A stretch of DNA of 64,000 nt from the NCBI GenBank assembly GCA_977862235.1, contig OZ374565.1:2170001-2234000 (forward strand), written 5' to 3'. Numbering within the stretch: position 1 is the first letter of the stretch; each line of letters starts with the position of its first letter. Position numbers and translations under genes: made by a program. The notes beneath the pieces were generated by a model that made no database searches, was not told the origin of the DNA, and saw only the letters and a list, made by a program, of their open reading frames with translations. Positions 11,670 to 22,978 of the stretch are shown piece after piece. Source of the DNA: Dudresnaya verticillata (Eukaryota).

Positions 11670-13930
11670 GTGATATTAAACTTCATAGGACGGTTTTGAG
11701 TGCACCGGCATCGGCAACAAAAGGCCTATGAGACCGCACACTATCGCATGGGAAGGAGGAACAACGACTGTATATCTTCAATGCGTGCTATTGGGTTGAG
11801 GGGCGGAGTCGGGAGGCTGACTGCGTTGAAAGCCAACGGCGGCGAATGTCTTGAATGCTCTGGGAGACGTCACGTCGCGTGGCCGAGGTGGGGGCAGGCT
11901 GGCCCAGCAGTGCCAGTGTTGTGGAAGCGATTCGGACGCGTGCGGCGAGAGCAGGATCGGGGGGTGGGATCGGGAATGTACCCAGATGCCAGCGGACTGC
12001 GAGATGGCGGTGAGCGGACACAGGTAGTTCCAGAGTGGGAGCAAGGCGGTCAGACGTATAAACAGGAGCAGGTCGTCGCCCTTCGAGGTAAATGCGCCAG
12101 CTTAGCAGATGCAGGGCGTGCCGCGCAGCTGCGGACTTGGGGCAGGCAACGGCGCTACGAAGCGGGTGGTCAGGCGAGCGCGAGAGGGCATCTAGGGTCG
12201 TGCGGGCAGCCCAGGAGAGCTTAGGGGAGCGGGAAGATGAGAGCCGGCGTAGGCGCAGTACCAACATTCTCTGTAGATCGGACCGTCTGTCGGCGGGGTG
12301 GATGATGCTGAACAGGGCACGCAGCTTCGATAAACGACGCCGCGGCATGGACTAGGACCGTTGCCCTATGGCAGTGCGGAGTTAGCAAGATTCAGCGTCC
12401 CCGATGTGTTGTAGGGCGAGGGCGTCGAGTGGAGAGACGGTGAGGGCATACTCGTAGACGGGTCGCAAGAACAAGCGAAACATCGAACTGGAGGCGGCTA
12501 TGGCATCGAAGAGGATACGTGGCGGAGACGCTTGAGGTTGCCCAGAAGCCTCTTTGCCTTCCGGGTACGAGCGACAGTCGAGGCGGAGCCAATTCCCGTG
12601 GTCGTGAGTTCAGCTCCAAGGTAGGTCGCGGAATCCGTTACAATTAAATCCTCTCCATTACGCTGCAGTCTTGCAGACGTAGGGCGGCGGCCATGGCGAG
12701 TCGGTAGAAGAATGAAGCACTTCGTGGAGTACCAGACTATGTTGTTATCGCTGGCCCAATTACCGCAGACGCGTAGCGCGGCGCGAAGGGAGGCGACTGA
12801 GTCCAGATGGAGGAGGCAATCGTCGGCCAGAAGCCTTCCCGGTAGCTTCTGCGGGCCGCGTCGGAGTTCATGACAAATTGCCACTGCGAGTGGATCGATA
12901 TACAAGTTGAACAGCTCGCAACTGAGCGCGGAGCCCTGTGTGACGCCATTGCGGACCATCGCGGTATGTCTTGTCGCGTCGCTGGCCGTTGAAACTTGCA
13001 ATGGGCCGAGTGTACAGCTAATCATCGCAGCGATGGCTGTTGGTAGCAGTGCATGGCAGAGGGTTAACAGCATATTACGATCCACTCCGTCGTACGCGCT
13101 ATTAAGGTCAAGAACAGCGGTGTAATCGTCGTTGTTCTGTATAGAATCTTGCGCATGTACCAGAGCCATATCGGTACCGAGCCCAGCCTGGAAGCCAAGC
13201 TGCATGGGATGAGACGTGAAGTACTTCCCTATCATAATGGCAATTGCACGCTCAATGAGCTTCCGGAAATGCGATAAAAGGCAGATAGGGCGGTAGCTTG
13301 CGGGCTCGTTTCGGGGCCGCGCTTGTAAACGGGAATTAGCAATCCATTTCGCCATTCGGCAGGAAGGATACTCTACATGCCGCAAAGTCGCCAAACTTCC
13401 TTGAGGAGCGCGGCCGCCAGCTTGGGCGTCAGCTTCAGTATTTCCACGCGTACGTTGTCCACGCCAACAGGTTTTCCAGGTTTTGCGTCGTTAATAGCCT
13501 TGAAAAGGCTGTGCTTGAAAGTGGGTGGTACAGCGAACGGCTGTGGGGAGGGGGTGCTAGGTGTTACAGTGGTATTACGGATGTGATCCGTGAACGTGGT
13601 GAGCTTCAGGCGCAGGTGAAATTTGATAGGGCATGCGGGGAGGAGGTGCTGTGCGAGGAGCGCGCCGCAGTGGACCTTGGAGTGGAATGATGGCCATGGG
13701 AAGGGGTGGTACTGGTACCAGCACGTGAGTGCGTGAGCACCGCGCACGACTGGGTTACCCCAGATTTACCCTGGCGGCCAAGCAGTACCAGTCGTGCAGG
13801 GCGACACTGCGCCCTTGGTCGCAGCTCAGGGCGGGCCGGGGATGCGGCGGGCGGGGCCAATCGTGCTGAAGCACGAGCGTCAGTGCGCTCCCAGGCGCGC
13901 CCGGGAGGGCAGCAGGCGGCAGTGCAATTT
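11670..13930 (-). mobile_element. decayed non-LTR retrotransposon (RT plus C-terminal region; no endonuclease visible)
   Basis: Frameshifted RT: KPGKPVGVD, PAEWRNGLLIPVYK, YRPICLLSHFRKLIE, QLGF, LDLNSAYDGV, GVTQGSALSCELFNLYI, LADD, FLRPVYEY. 3' end ...AAGTTTAATATCAC at ~11670, supported by the tail copy at 42645-42716. 5' boundary approximate. Confidence 0.9.
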
Positions 13931-13984
13931 CTGGCTAAATTTTAATCCAGAAATTCCGAAAGTTTCGGGGACATTTACCCGTAT

Positions 13985-14350
13985 ATGCGGCATGCTGTAA
14001 CTCCGCAACCGTGCATGCTATCCCAAAACCGATTCCACCATTCTTCTCAGCTCCCTCTCCCCAGTCCAACACGATATAGAAATCTTCATTCCATTAACAT
14101 TTTTTTCAGACTGATTCGCGACACAGATTCTGAAAACCCGGAAATCTGTGTTCGCCCCGACCAAAGGAATATCTCCTTTGGGGATGGAAGGAGACGCCCT
14201 CCCCCTCAGGGAATACTCCTTCGGCCGCAACAATCATCTTCAAACCGTGGGAATCGGCAGGCCACGTTAGTCACTACGCAAGAACATCCATTGGATGAGG
14301 TGGTGGCCGATGTGGAATCCGATAATTCTTCGTTGGCATCGGGAAACTAG
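13985..14350 (+). pseudogene. gag: 3' remnant of gag
   Basis: ORF ending ...LASGN* on a GGGAAAC heptamer directly upstream of pol in the -1 frame. Confidence 0.6.
14341..14347 (+). promoter_or_regulatory. -1 ribosomal frameshift slippery site G GGA AAC
   Basis: X XXY YYZ heptamer just before the gag stop; the -1 frame runs open into pol; downstream inverted repeats (ACTAGCCGG/CCGGCTAGT, CCGA..TCGG). Confidence 0.8.
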
Positions 14351-14370
14351 CCGGGCCGAGATCTTCGGTC

Positions 14371-17300
14371 GTGATCCCGTTGCCCGTACACATCCCAAAA
14401 CCGGCTAGTCTCGTTTCCGTTAAATTGTTTCCTTTTATTCATCTCCATGTTTCTTCTTTGTTAGCCATTGCATGGCGTTTGGCAACGCCAATCCAGGTTT
14501 GGTCAACCCATGATTTGACCTACCACTGCCCATTTTCATCTAACGGTCTGGTGTGGTCACCGCCCTGGAAGTCTGACCATACTACATCACCATTCACCAC
14601 CACAAACGATGGGGGTTCTTTGCCAACGAGTGGCAGCAAATCCTTGAACGCAGAAATGACAGACGATTCCCAGTCGGCCGATGTTACATCACAAGGTATG
14701 GTTTGCATCCTGGGAGGGGCCAACTATACCCTCTCGGGTTCTTTTGGTCTCACCATCTCTGCCTTGATACCCGGACCCGTTGTCTTAGACACGTGCTCGG
14801 GTTGGAACATCATCCGGTTGGACGCGTTGCCTCCCAATTGGAAGGACAACGCCCTGGTGTTTTCGTCCCCACCTCTTTTGGGGGACGCCAACCAACGGCC
14901 AATTCACTTTCGAGGGGCCGTTTCCTTGGTCGTGCGCTTAGGCCGTCATTCATATCGAGTGCCGTTCCTTATCGCCGACCTTCGCTTTGCCGTACCCGTT
15001 TTGTTGGGTACGGCCTTCCTGAACACGCACGTGGATAGCATCCATTGCCGTGGCCAGACCGTGCACTTAGTGCGCGGAGACGTCCTTCCTTTGTTACCCG
15101 ACAGCACCTCGATGGCTCTGGGGGCAGAGCGAACCGCTGAGAAGGGGGCCCCGCCTCCGGGTAATTCCAATTCGCCCAGTATGAAACGCAAGGCCCTGCG
15201 ACACTACGCGGCCACTGTACGCTTGACGAAAGGTCTAACCATACGGGCAGGTCAACAGGCTACCGTGTCTGTTCGCAGTGATGGCCGAGGGTTATGCGTA
15301 CTGGAGCCGAAACATTCTTTGAGCTTCTGGCACCATACGCGGATGGCCAATGGAGATACCGAGGTTCGGCCGCAGAAACCATTCCAGGTAATGCTGGCCA
15401 ACTGGGGAAGAAAGGATGTCTTACTGCCAAAGGGTACCGTGGTCGGCTATGCTGTGCGCCACCCCATGGCAATCCTGACTCCACACCGACGGGGTGTGGA
15501 GAATATGGCCAATGTACTTGGGCTCACTCCCCTCGTGGACCGGGATAGTAGTCAAGAAGAAGTAGAAGGAGCTGGCCAAGAAGAAGGTAAGCCTGTGGGA
15601 CCAAAGGCACCCAGACAAGACGAAGAAGAATGGCGGGATAAGATCAAACTTGATCATATCCCAGACAAGAAGCAACGCAAGAAGATAATGGCCATTCTGG
15701 AGAAACACAGTGCAATGTGGGATGGTTCCTTGGGGCAGATCATGGCCACCGAACACCGAATAGACTTGGAAGATGGGACAAGGCCAATAAGAGCCATGCC
15801 CTACCGACAAGGGCCAGCGTTACGCGCAATCGCAGAGGCCGATATTAAGAAGCAGCTGGAAGCCGGGGTGATAGAGCCATCGCACGGAGAATGGGCCTCA
15901 CCAATTGTCATGGTGCCGAAAAAGGACGGCACCCTCCGCTTTTGTGTCGACTATCGCCGACTCAACGCGAAAACAGATGGCGACGCATATCCACTTCCGC
16001 GCATGGACGATTGTGTAGACCCCCTTGGGGATGTGGCCGTGTTTTCAACTTTGTATTGTAACTCTGGTTATTGGCAAATACCAGTGGCCGAGGAGGACAA
16101 GGATAAGACGGCCTTCACTTCACACTTGGGGACGTTCAGGTACAATCGAATGCCATTTGGGTTGAAGAATGCACCAGCCACTTTTCAGCGTGCGCTCGAC
16201 ATAGTTCTGTCTGGAGTACGATGGCAAATATGTCTCATCTACTTGGACGATGTCATCGTGTTCTCCAGAAATGTGAAGGATCATCTTGGCCATCTGGACG
16301 AGGTACTTACCTTGTTGAAGGCGGCCGGTATTACGTTGAAGTTGAAGAAGTGTTCTTTCTTTCAGGCCAAGGTTGACTATCTGGGTCATGTGGTGTCCCC
16401 CGGGAAACTAAGCATGGCCATGCAAGGCACCAAGGCAATACAAGCGGCCGAGTTTCCAGGTACCCTCACAGGACTACGGTCCTTCCTGGGAGCTTGCAAC
16501 GTCTACCGAAGGTTTGTGGCCAAATACTCCACAATGGCACGGCCACTTACGCGCATGTTGTGTAAGGACGCCGAGCCGGACTTCGAACGGCCAACGGAGG
16601 AACAACGTCACAGCTTCGAGAAACTGAAGGCTGCCCTGGTCTCGCCGCCGATTCTGGCCTTACCTAGATACGGACGGCCATATGTGATCGAAACTGATGC
16701 CAGCGCGTATCAAATCGGATGTGTCTTACTTCAGGAACAAGAGGACGAGACTTACCATCCCGTTGGATATTGGTCTCGCTCCTTGACCTCAGCTGAGAAG
16801 AATTATTCGTCCACGGAGCGTGAGTGCTTGTCTGTGGTGCGGGCCATTACCTCACTACGGCCATATGTCGAAGGTACAAAGTTCACGGTTCGTACGGATC
16901 ACGATGCCCTTCGCTGGTTGATGTCCCTCACTGATTCATCTGGCCGTCTTACGAGATGGAGATTACGTCTGGCCGAGTTCGACTTTGTAATAGAGTATAA
17001 ACCCGGGCGTAAGAACCAAGTCCCTGACGCCTTGTCCCGACTAGTGGCCCCGCAAGAGAACGGGGAAGCACGGCCGATAGATGATACAGTGCCTGTGTTG
17101 GACAATGCCCCTTCGGTTCTCACGACCACTAGGGCAAGAAGAAATCGAAAAGCGGTTGCGACGGCCAGTAGAGAAGAACGGGAGAGTGACGTGGACGCAT
17201 GGGAGGAAGAATACCTTATGGCCGATTACACTGACTATGGACGAGCTGAGGCTTTTAGCCGAGCGCAAGCGCAGGAGAAGGCATCAGAAAAGTTGCCAAC

Positions 17301-18786
17301 GCCGCTGACACAGGCTGAGATTATTGATGAACAAAAACGGGACGACTTCTGCGAGACCATCCTTGCCACGAGGGCGGGGTTGGGAAAAACCAAGAGCCCC
17401 CTCTTCTTTGAAGGGCCCGATGGCACACTGTACCGACGCTGTCCTTCGGATGGCCAACAACAGATAGTCCTCCCGACAGCTTTACAAGGTCGCATCCTTC
17501 ACCTTTGCCATCGCGCTATACTTGCTGGCCACCCGGGCCAGAACCGTATATTTCACACGTTGAGACGGACATACTATTGGCCGCACATGGCAGCGGACTG
17601 TCTCGCGACCGTGCGCAACTGCGGCCATTGTGCGAAAAATAGGATACGCCGCCTCCAGCATACGTCCAGGTTAAAACTGTTTCCCGCGACGCAACCATTA
17701 GAGAGCGTGGCCATGGATCTCCTTGGACCGCTTCCGAAGACCAAGAAGGGCCATGAACACATTTTAGTCATCACCTGTCGGTTTTCCAAGTTAACACAAG
17801 TGGTGCCACTGACTATCATCTCTGCTTACAATGTGGCCACTGCTTTCTGCACCCATTGGGTGTTCAAGTACGGCGCCCCCAAGACCGTTCTCACTGATAA
17901 TGTTGGGCAGTTCGCAGCCAAGTTCTTTCAGGCCGTTTGCCGTTTGCTACAAGTGGCCAATATATTCACTACGACTTATCACCCGCAGACTAATGGCCAG
18001 GTAGAAAGGTACAATCGGACACTGGCTGCCATGCTGAGGAGTTACGTGAACGACCATCAGAATGATTGGGATGAGTACGCAGTTGCCTTGACCTACGCAT
18101 ACAATTGCCATGTTCATCGCTCAACCGGTACAACCCCTTTTGACTTAGTGCTCAGCCGGCCACCAGGTCCTTTCTCGCTTGAAGCCACGCTAAATCGGCC
18201 GAAGCCTACTGGTGCTGTTAAGGAAGCTTTCCTCCGCCGTCTCTCAGAGGCTGTAGGAAAAGCATCTGCCAGTCTCGCTCGCACGCAGGCGCGGTATAAG
18301 AAAGACTTCGATCGATCTGTACGTACGGGGAATAAGTCGTTGGCTGCAGGTAACTTTGTCTTTTTGGACAATCCAGAGAAGCAGCCGAAGAAGTTAGAAC
18401 ACCATGCGCAGGGGCCATATATGATTATAAGTAACGATGGCCGCACCTTTCTGATCGACCGAGATGGCCAGTTGGAACGAGTCAGCTCCGACCGAATAGT
18501 CGCAGCCCCTCGACCGCATGGCCAACCGATAGCATCAGAAACGGTCACAAGCGCTGCCCTCGGAACTCCGCCAGAAGGTGTTACCGCCACTGCAGAAGAA
18601 TATGTCACTGACAAGCTCACGGACATGCGCACCAACGCTGTTGGCCAATGGTGGTTCCAAGTCAAATGGTACGGTTACAATGGCCGTACTTGGGAACCAG
18701 AAGCTCTTTTGCCGGCCGCTTTGGTCTCTCGGTTCTGTTCTCGCATGGCGCATCGGGCCACCCCAAACCAAAATACTTCGGGGTGA
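14371..18786 (+). CDS. pol: Gypsy Pol polyprotein (PR-RT-RNaseH-integrase-chromodomain); probably RT-dead
   Basis: VLDTCS protease; LRFCVDYRRLN, MPFGLKNAPATFQR, YLDD; ETDAS RNase H; HHCC zinc finger; MDLLGP/TDN/NGQVER integrase; GPY; chromodomain FQVKWYGYNGRTWEPE. The first RT Asp reads Tyr (STLYCNSGYWQ, TAT 16054-16056). Confidence 0.95.
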   Translation: MIPLPVHIPKPASLVSVKLFPFIHLHVSSLLAIAWRLATPIQVWSTHDLTYHCPFSSNGLVWSPPWKSDHTTSPFTTTNDGGSLPTSGSKSLNAEMTDDSQSADVTSQGMVCILGGANYTLSGSFGLTISALIPGPVVLDTCSGWNIIRLDALPPNWKDNALVFSSPPLLGDANQRPIHFRGAVSLVVRLGRHSYRVPFLIADLRFAVPVLLGTAFLNTHVDSIHCRGQTVHLVRGDVLPLLPDSTSMALGAERTAEKGAPPPGNSNSPSMKRKALRHYAATVRLTKGLTIRAGQQATVSVRSDGRGLCVLEPKHSLSFWHHTRMANGDTEVRPQKPFQVMLANWGRKDVLLPKGTVVGYAVRHPMAILTPHRRGVENMANVLGLTPLVDRDSSQEEVEGAGQEEGKPVGPKAPRQDEEEWRDKIKLDHIPDKKQRKKIMAILEKHSAMWDGSLGQIMATEHRIDLEDGTRPIRAMPYRQGPALRAIAEADIKKQLEAGVIEPSHGEWASPIVMVPKKDGTLRFCVDYRRLNAKTDGDAYPLPRMDDCVDPLGDVAVFSTLYCNSGYWQIPVAEEDKDKTAFTSHLGTFRYNRMPFGLKNAPATFQRALDIVLSGVRWQICLIYLDDVIVFSRNVKDHLGHLDEVLTLLKAAGITLKLKKCSFFQAKVDYLGHVVSPGKLSMAMQGTKAIQAAEFPGTLTGLRSFLGACNVYRRFVAKYSTMARPLTRMLCKDAEPDFERPTEEQRHSFEKLKAALVSPPILALPRYGRPYVIETDASAYQIGCVLLQEQEDETYHPVGYWSRSLTSAEKNYSSTERECLSVVRAITSLRPYVEGTKFTVRTDHDALRWLMSLTDSSGRLTRWRLRLAEFDFVIEYKPGRKNQVPDALSRLVAPQENGEARPIDDTVPVLDNAPSVLTTTRARRNRKAVATASREERESDVDAWEEEYLMADYTDYGRAEAFSRAQAQEKASEKLPTPLTQAEIIDEQKRDDFCETILATRAGLGKTKSPLFFEGPDGTLYRRCPSDGQQQIVLPTALQGRILHLCHRAILAGHPGQNRIFHTLRRTYYWPHMAADCLATVRNCGHCAKNRIRRLQHTSRLKLFPATQPLESVAMDLLGPLPKTKKGHEHILVITCRFSKLTQVVPLTIISAYNVATAFCTHWVFKYGAPKTVLTDNVGQFAAKFFQAVCRLLQVANIFTTTYHPQTNGQVERYNRTLAAMLRSYVNDHQNDWDEYAVALTYAYNCHVHRSTGTTPFDLVLSRPPGPFSLEATLNRPKPTGAVKEAFLRRLSEAVGKASASLARTQARYKKDFDRSVRTGNKSLAAGNFVFLDNPEKQPKKLEHHAQGPYMIISNDGRTFLIDRDGQLERVSSDRIVAAPRPHGQPIASETVTSAALGTPPEGVTATAEEYVTDKLTDMRTNAVGQWWFQVKWYGYNGRTWEPEALLPAALVSRFCSRMAHRATPNQNTSG

Positions 18787-19585
18787 GAAAGAGGGCCAAA
18801 GTTTCAGTGAGTGCAGTCACCGTTTGGCCAAAATGAGCGTACGCATACGATGTGTGTGAGGAGAAAGGGTGAGCGACCGACAGAAGGTCGCAGTGTTGGG
18901 CTACAAATATTCCTGGGTAGTACCGTTGGCTTCAGCACGACGGCAGGCAGCTAGGGCTTTGCACGCATTCGGGGTGTCGGTGGGCCAATCATTACGCGGG
19001 GGCGTTGTGTGACAGTGGATCTCCGAGTAGGGCCAATCTAATTGGGTGTAAATTGGGGGAGGCGGTTCTCATCGACTCCACCTCTTCGTGGTAACAGTAA
19101 TTTGCAGACCATCGACTCTTGACACCAAAGACACCTTCACCCGGCAAAGACATCAATCTGTCATACGCACCTAGCATCAACTCGATGCAAGAAAGGAAAA
19201 TGGTCAGACTTAAGGGACTTGAGAAGTTGGCCGTCTACTGGAAGGGGGAGGAGGCCGTAGAAGATACCCTTCGTACCTTGGCCGTCCCAGACTAACCACG
19301 TTCACTGTGCACAACCAATGGCTCGTCAAGCTGGCCACAGCGCAACCCAGTGCTTAACCCCTTCTGCTTTGATGACCACCCTAACATTTTCTCCCTGCTG
19401 CAAGCAAATTGAAAGCAACCATTGTGTTTAACACGAAGCTTGGCCAGGGAGGACAACTAACCAAGAACAACAACTATGGCTCCTAACTTTTGGATCACAA
19501 ACAACAACAACATTAACATCAACTGGGCCATGATGAGATAAGTATAATGGCCAAACACTAACTCGTGCACATCACCTTGAAGCTA

Positions 19586-22500
19586 CTAACGACCATAAGG
19601 GCCCGATGTGTGTGGCGACTGCGGCGCGTAGGGGCCCTGCACCCTGGGAGCAGCAGCCGCACGCGCCCCCGCATGAGCACCCGCATCCGAAGCCGGGTCA
19701 GCCGGCGACCTGAGGAAAGGCGATGCAGCAGGAAGGGGCAAGGCACTTGGTACCGGCCCAGCCACCGGAGCATTGGCCACTGGAGTAGGAGGTGCACTGA
19801 CAGTCGGCCCAACCCGTTCTGGTTGATAGTCGCTTGGCCGAGGCGCTAAGCGCTACTGAGTGCCATTAGCATCAACTACTCGCGTAGAAGTCGGAGTAGC
19901 CACGGGCGCCACTGACACCCCCGGATACTGTGGCATCACTGCGGCGGGCGTCGGCAATGAAGGAAGAGGATATTGAGACAATTGGCCAAACGGCTGAGCA
20001 GCATAGGCTCGGAATGTGGCCATTTGATGAAGGTTACGGTGGCGCTCCATATCCAACAAGCCCTGCTGCATGTGCGCGTCATCGCACCATCGATCTCGCT
20101 GTCTCTTCCACTCATGCCCCAGCTCTTCCGCTCTGGCCAACTTCTCCTTCAACATGTGAACTTCAGACTCGGCATATTCCACTTGGCGCCTCGCATTGGC
20201 CAACTGCTCTTCCCCTCGCTTGATCACTGCTTCGTTATTGTCCAGGTGACGGCGAAGCTGATTAATTTCTTCTGCTTGGCCATGTTTGGCGTCGCTCAAG
20301 CGGCTTATGCTCCGATCAAGTTGGCGCAATACATTGACGAGCGACGCTTGATTCAGATGGCCGCGGACTGATAACTCCGCTACTAAATGCGGATGAGGGT
20401 GTAAGGTAGCTGGCCGCATAATGGAAGACTCATTGGCCACTTCGACGCCAAAGCTATTTCCATGGCGAAAGGTCACCTGCTTGCTCCAGTCACAGCCACA
20501 GGAACGCAGCGTGTTATCATGGCCATGTTTGCGTTGGAATAAGTAATCCCGATGAGTCACAGCATCGGCCAAGAGCTCATAAAGGTTGACAATGTCTGGC
20601 CAGAAGACGTGGTTGAACTGATGTTGGAAATCCGAGTTCACCGGCAAGAAAGAAAGGTTGCGCACCACTTGGATACGCCGACGAATCGCTGGCAGGGCCA
20701 TCCACCACATGCGCTTTGACGCTTGGGCTTCGTAGCGGAAAAAGACGTTGGCCATTATGTGAACTTCCATGACCACAATCCGCTGGAACGTCTCGACCCA
20801 GTCGACGTCGCTGGCTCGAGTATGATATTGGCCAACAAAGTAATAAGCCATTGGGCTGATCAACACAGCCTCGCCCGAAGCTGGCCACTCCTTCCAGAGA
20901 AACGCAGGCACACCCGGGAAATACTCAACTGAATGGGAGAAGTTCTGCGATGCGCGCAAGTTGGCCTGGTAGATATAACTACTACCGACGCGAAAAGCCA
21001 TCCAGTCCACAGGGGCCACAAGGCGTCGAAGATCTGTGCTGGCCACTTTTGCATTTCTCACCATCGTCTGGTCGACATGGTCCAGTATCCATGCCTGAGG
21101 AAAGGCATAGAACCAAGTGGCCACATAAGGATGCTCAATTGTCTGGCCTATTAACGCCAACCATGCCTTGTGAACATACACTACATCCCCCATATTCATG
21201 AGGAAAGTGCGGTCGCACTTGATCTCGCTAGGGATCCAATAGAGATGGCCTCCAAAGTGGGCATCGCGAAACTTCTGCCACGCTTCGCCCAAGGGAAAAT
21301 GGCATTCGCGCAGCCGCACCATATCCATCTTATTGCTCACGGCCACCAACGCCTCATACGGTATGTTGATGCGAGGAAACTTTGGCCAAATTGACATCCC
21401 AGGCACACGCTCATCGAGAAGCAGCTCGGGGCCAGACAGGTCCTCAACACCTGGAACCACATCTGCCCGCATTGGCAAAGCAGATCGGGTGTGCGGCGCT
21501 GCAGGGCAGTCGCGTTGTGGCTGGCCGCTCTTCTGAATCGCGATGGCCGACTCAGCGTTGAATGCGCCACCGGCCACGCCAACCACTTCTTCTCTTGGGA
21601 TAACGGAATTAGCGCGAGGATCCCCTTGCTGGCCAATATCACTTGGAGGGGGAGGAGAATCTGGCAACATGGCCGAAAACCGCTGACGATCCCCATCGGA
21701 CATGAGATTGGCCGGCGCCACTGGCGCGTCAGTGTCTACATCGATGACTTCCGACCTCGATGCTTCGACTTGGCCGATGGGTTTCTTCGACGCTTGGCCA
21801 ATCTCCTTCACAGGGAGGCGTTGCTTCTTTGGCGGAGGGCTCCTAGAAGCTTGACGGCCTTCCTTATTTTGGCCACGCTCACGAGCCCGACTCGCCGCCG
21901 TGGGCATGAATGGCGAAGGTACATATCGGAGCCGCGGTGTCGACTTCCGCGAAGTGCTGGGGGTCCCAGATGTTGGGCCCTTACGAGGAATAGGGACCTT
22001 GGCCAAAGCATTGGCAACCGGTTTCTTCTGTGAGGCCACTTTCTTTCCTTTCTGGCCATTACTCTCCTTGGCAACCACTCCCTCGGTGGGAGTGGGAGTT
22101 GAGAAATTCTCCGGCAACTTGGCTAGAGCCACTTCCGCAGCCGCAGCCGCTGTAGCCTGGACCGTCTTAGGGCCAATCAGTTGGTCAGACGGTATGGCCA
22201 GAGGAGCGGGCGTTGGGTTAATGGCGCACGGTGTAGACTTCGTCGCCCCCGACTGAGCAGAAGGGCCACCAGCCTCAAGTCGAGCGACCTCGGCCTGGAC
22301 CACTCCCTTTTCGCTCGCCATCTTTTGGCCAACAGCACCTGACTCCTTAACACCTGACTCCTTCACGGCCGCCGACGCAAGAGGGGTCGACACCTTCTTC
22401 ACGGCCGCAACCTTGTTTTCCGTTGCCGCCTCAGATGATGATGAGTCGACAATGGTCACCGTCGGTGTGGCCTTAGTCTTCTGTGCATTGGCCAAACGTT

Positions 22501-22978
22501 GCTTCAATGCAGCGATCTCCTGATCTTCAGCCTCCCTTCGTCGTCGGCTGGCCATTATCGCTTCCATCAAGTCGGTCGCATCGGCATCCGACCATCCTTG
22601 GCGACGCAGCTCTTGAAAAGTCGCGGGAAGAGAAGGCTGCTCAGCAACACCCGAAGTCTGGCCAGTAGAAGAAGTGGGTGCCACAACATTGGCCGACGGC
22701 GCCACAGAGACAACTTTCGCCCCGGAAGGAGGCGATGCGGAACTCGCCACACAAACAGCAGCGGGCATCGACTTCGACTTGGGCGCGGAGGTAGCGCGGG
22801 ACCGGGATGACTGGCCACTGTTCTTCTTAGCAGCCATCTTCGTGGCCAGCGTAGCAATGGCTTCGTCGTCGCTGGACCGCGACGAGGATGAACTGGATGA
22901 AGAAGACGGGGGTCGCTGTGCCTTCTTCTTCGTGGCCGCAGCCCGACGCGGGCACGCCTTCGCTGGACCACCGGCCAT
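19586..22978 (-). CDS. large antisense accessory ORF of the Gypsy element
   Basis: 1041 aa from ATG 22978 to TAG 19853; the same frame continues 88 more codons to 19586. S/A/K/P-rich N-terminal half, aromatic-rich globular core, coiled coil, Pro-rich tail. Confidence 0.8.

Noticed and set aside
5090..22978. Alternative genetic code (TAA/TAG = Gln) explaining the in-frame stops
   Set aside because: Host-like genes end cleanly in TAG, long ORFs such as pol have no internal TAR, and the Harbinger also has an in-frame TGA; nonsense mutations are simpler.
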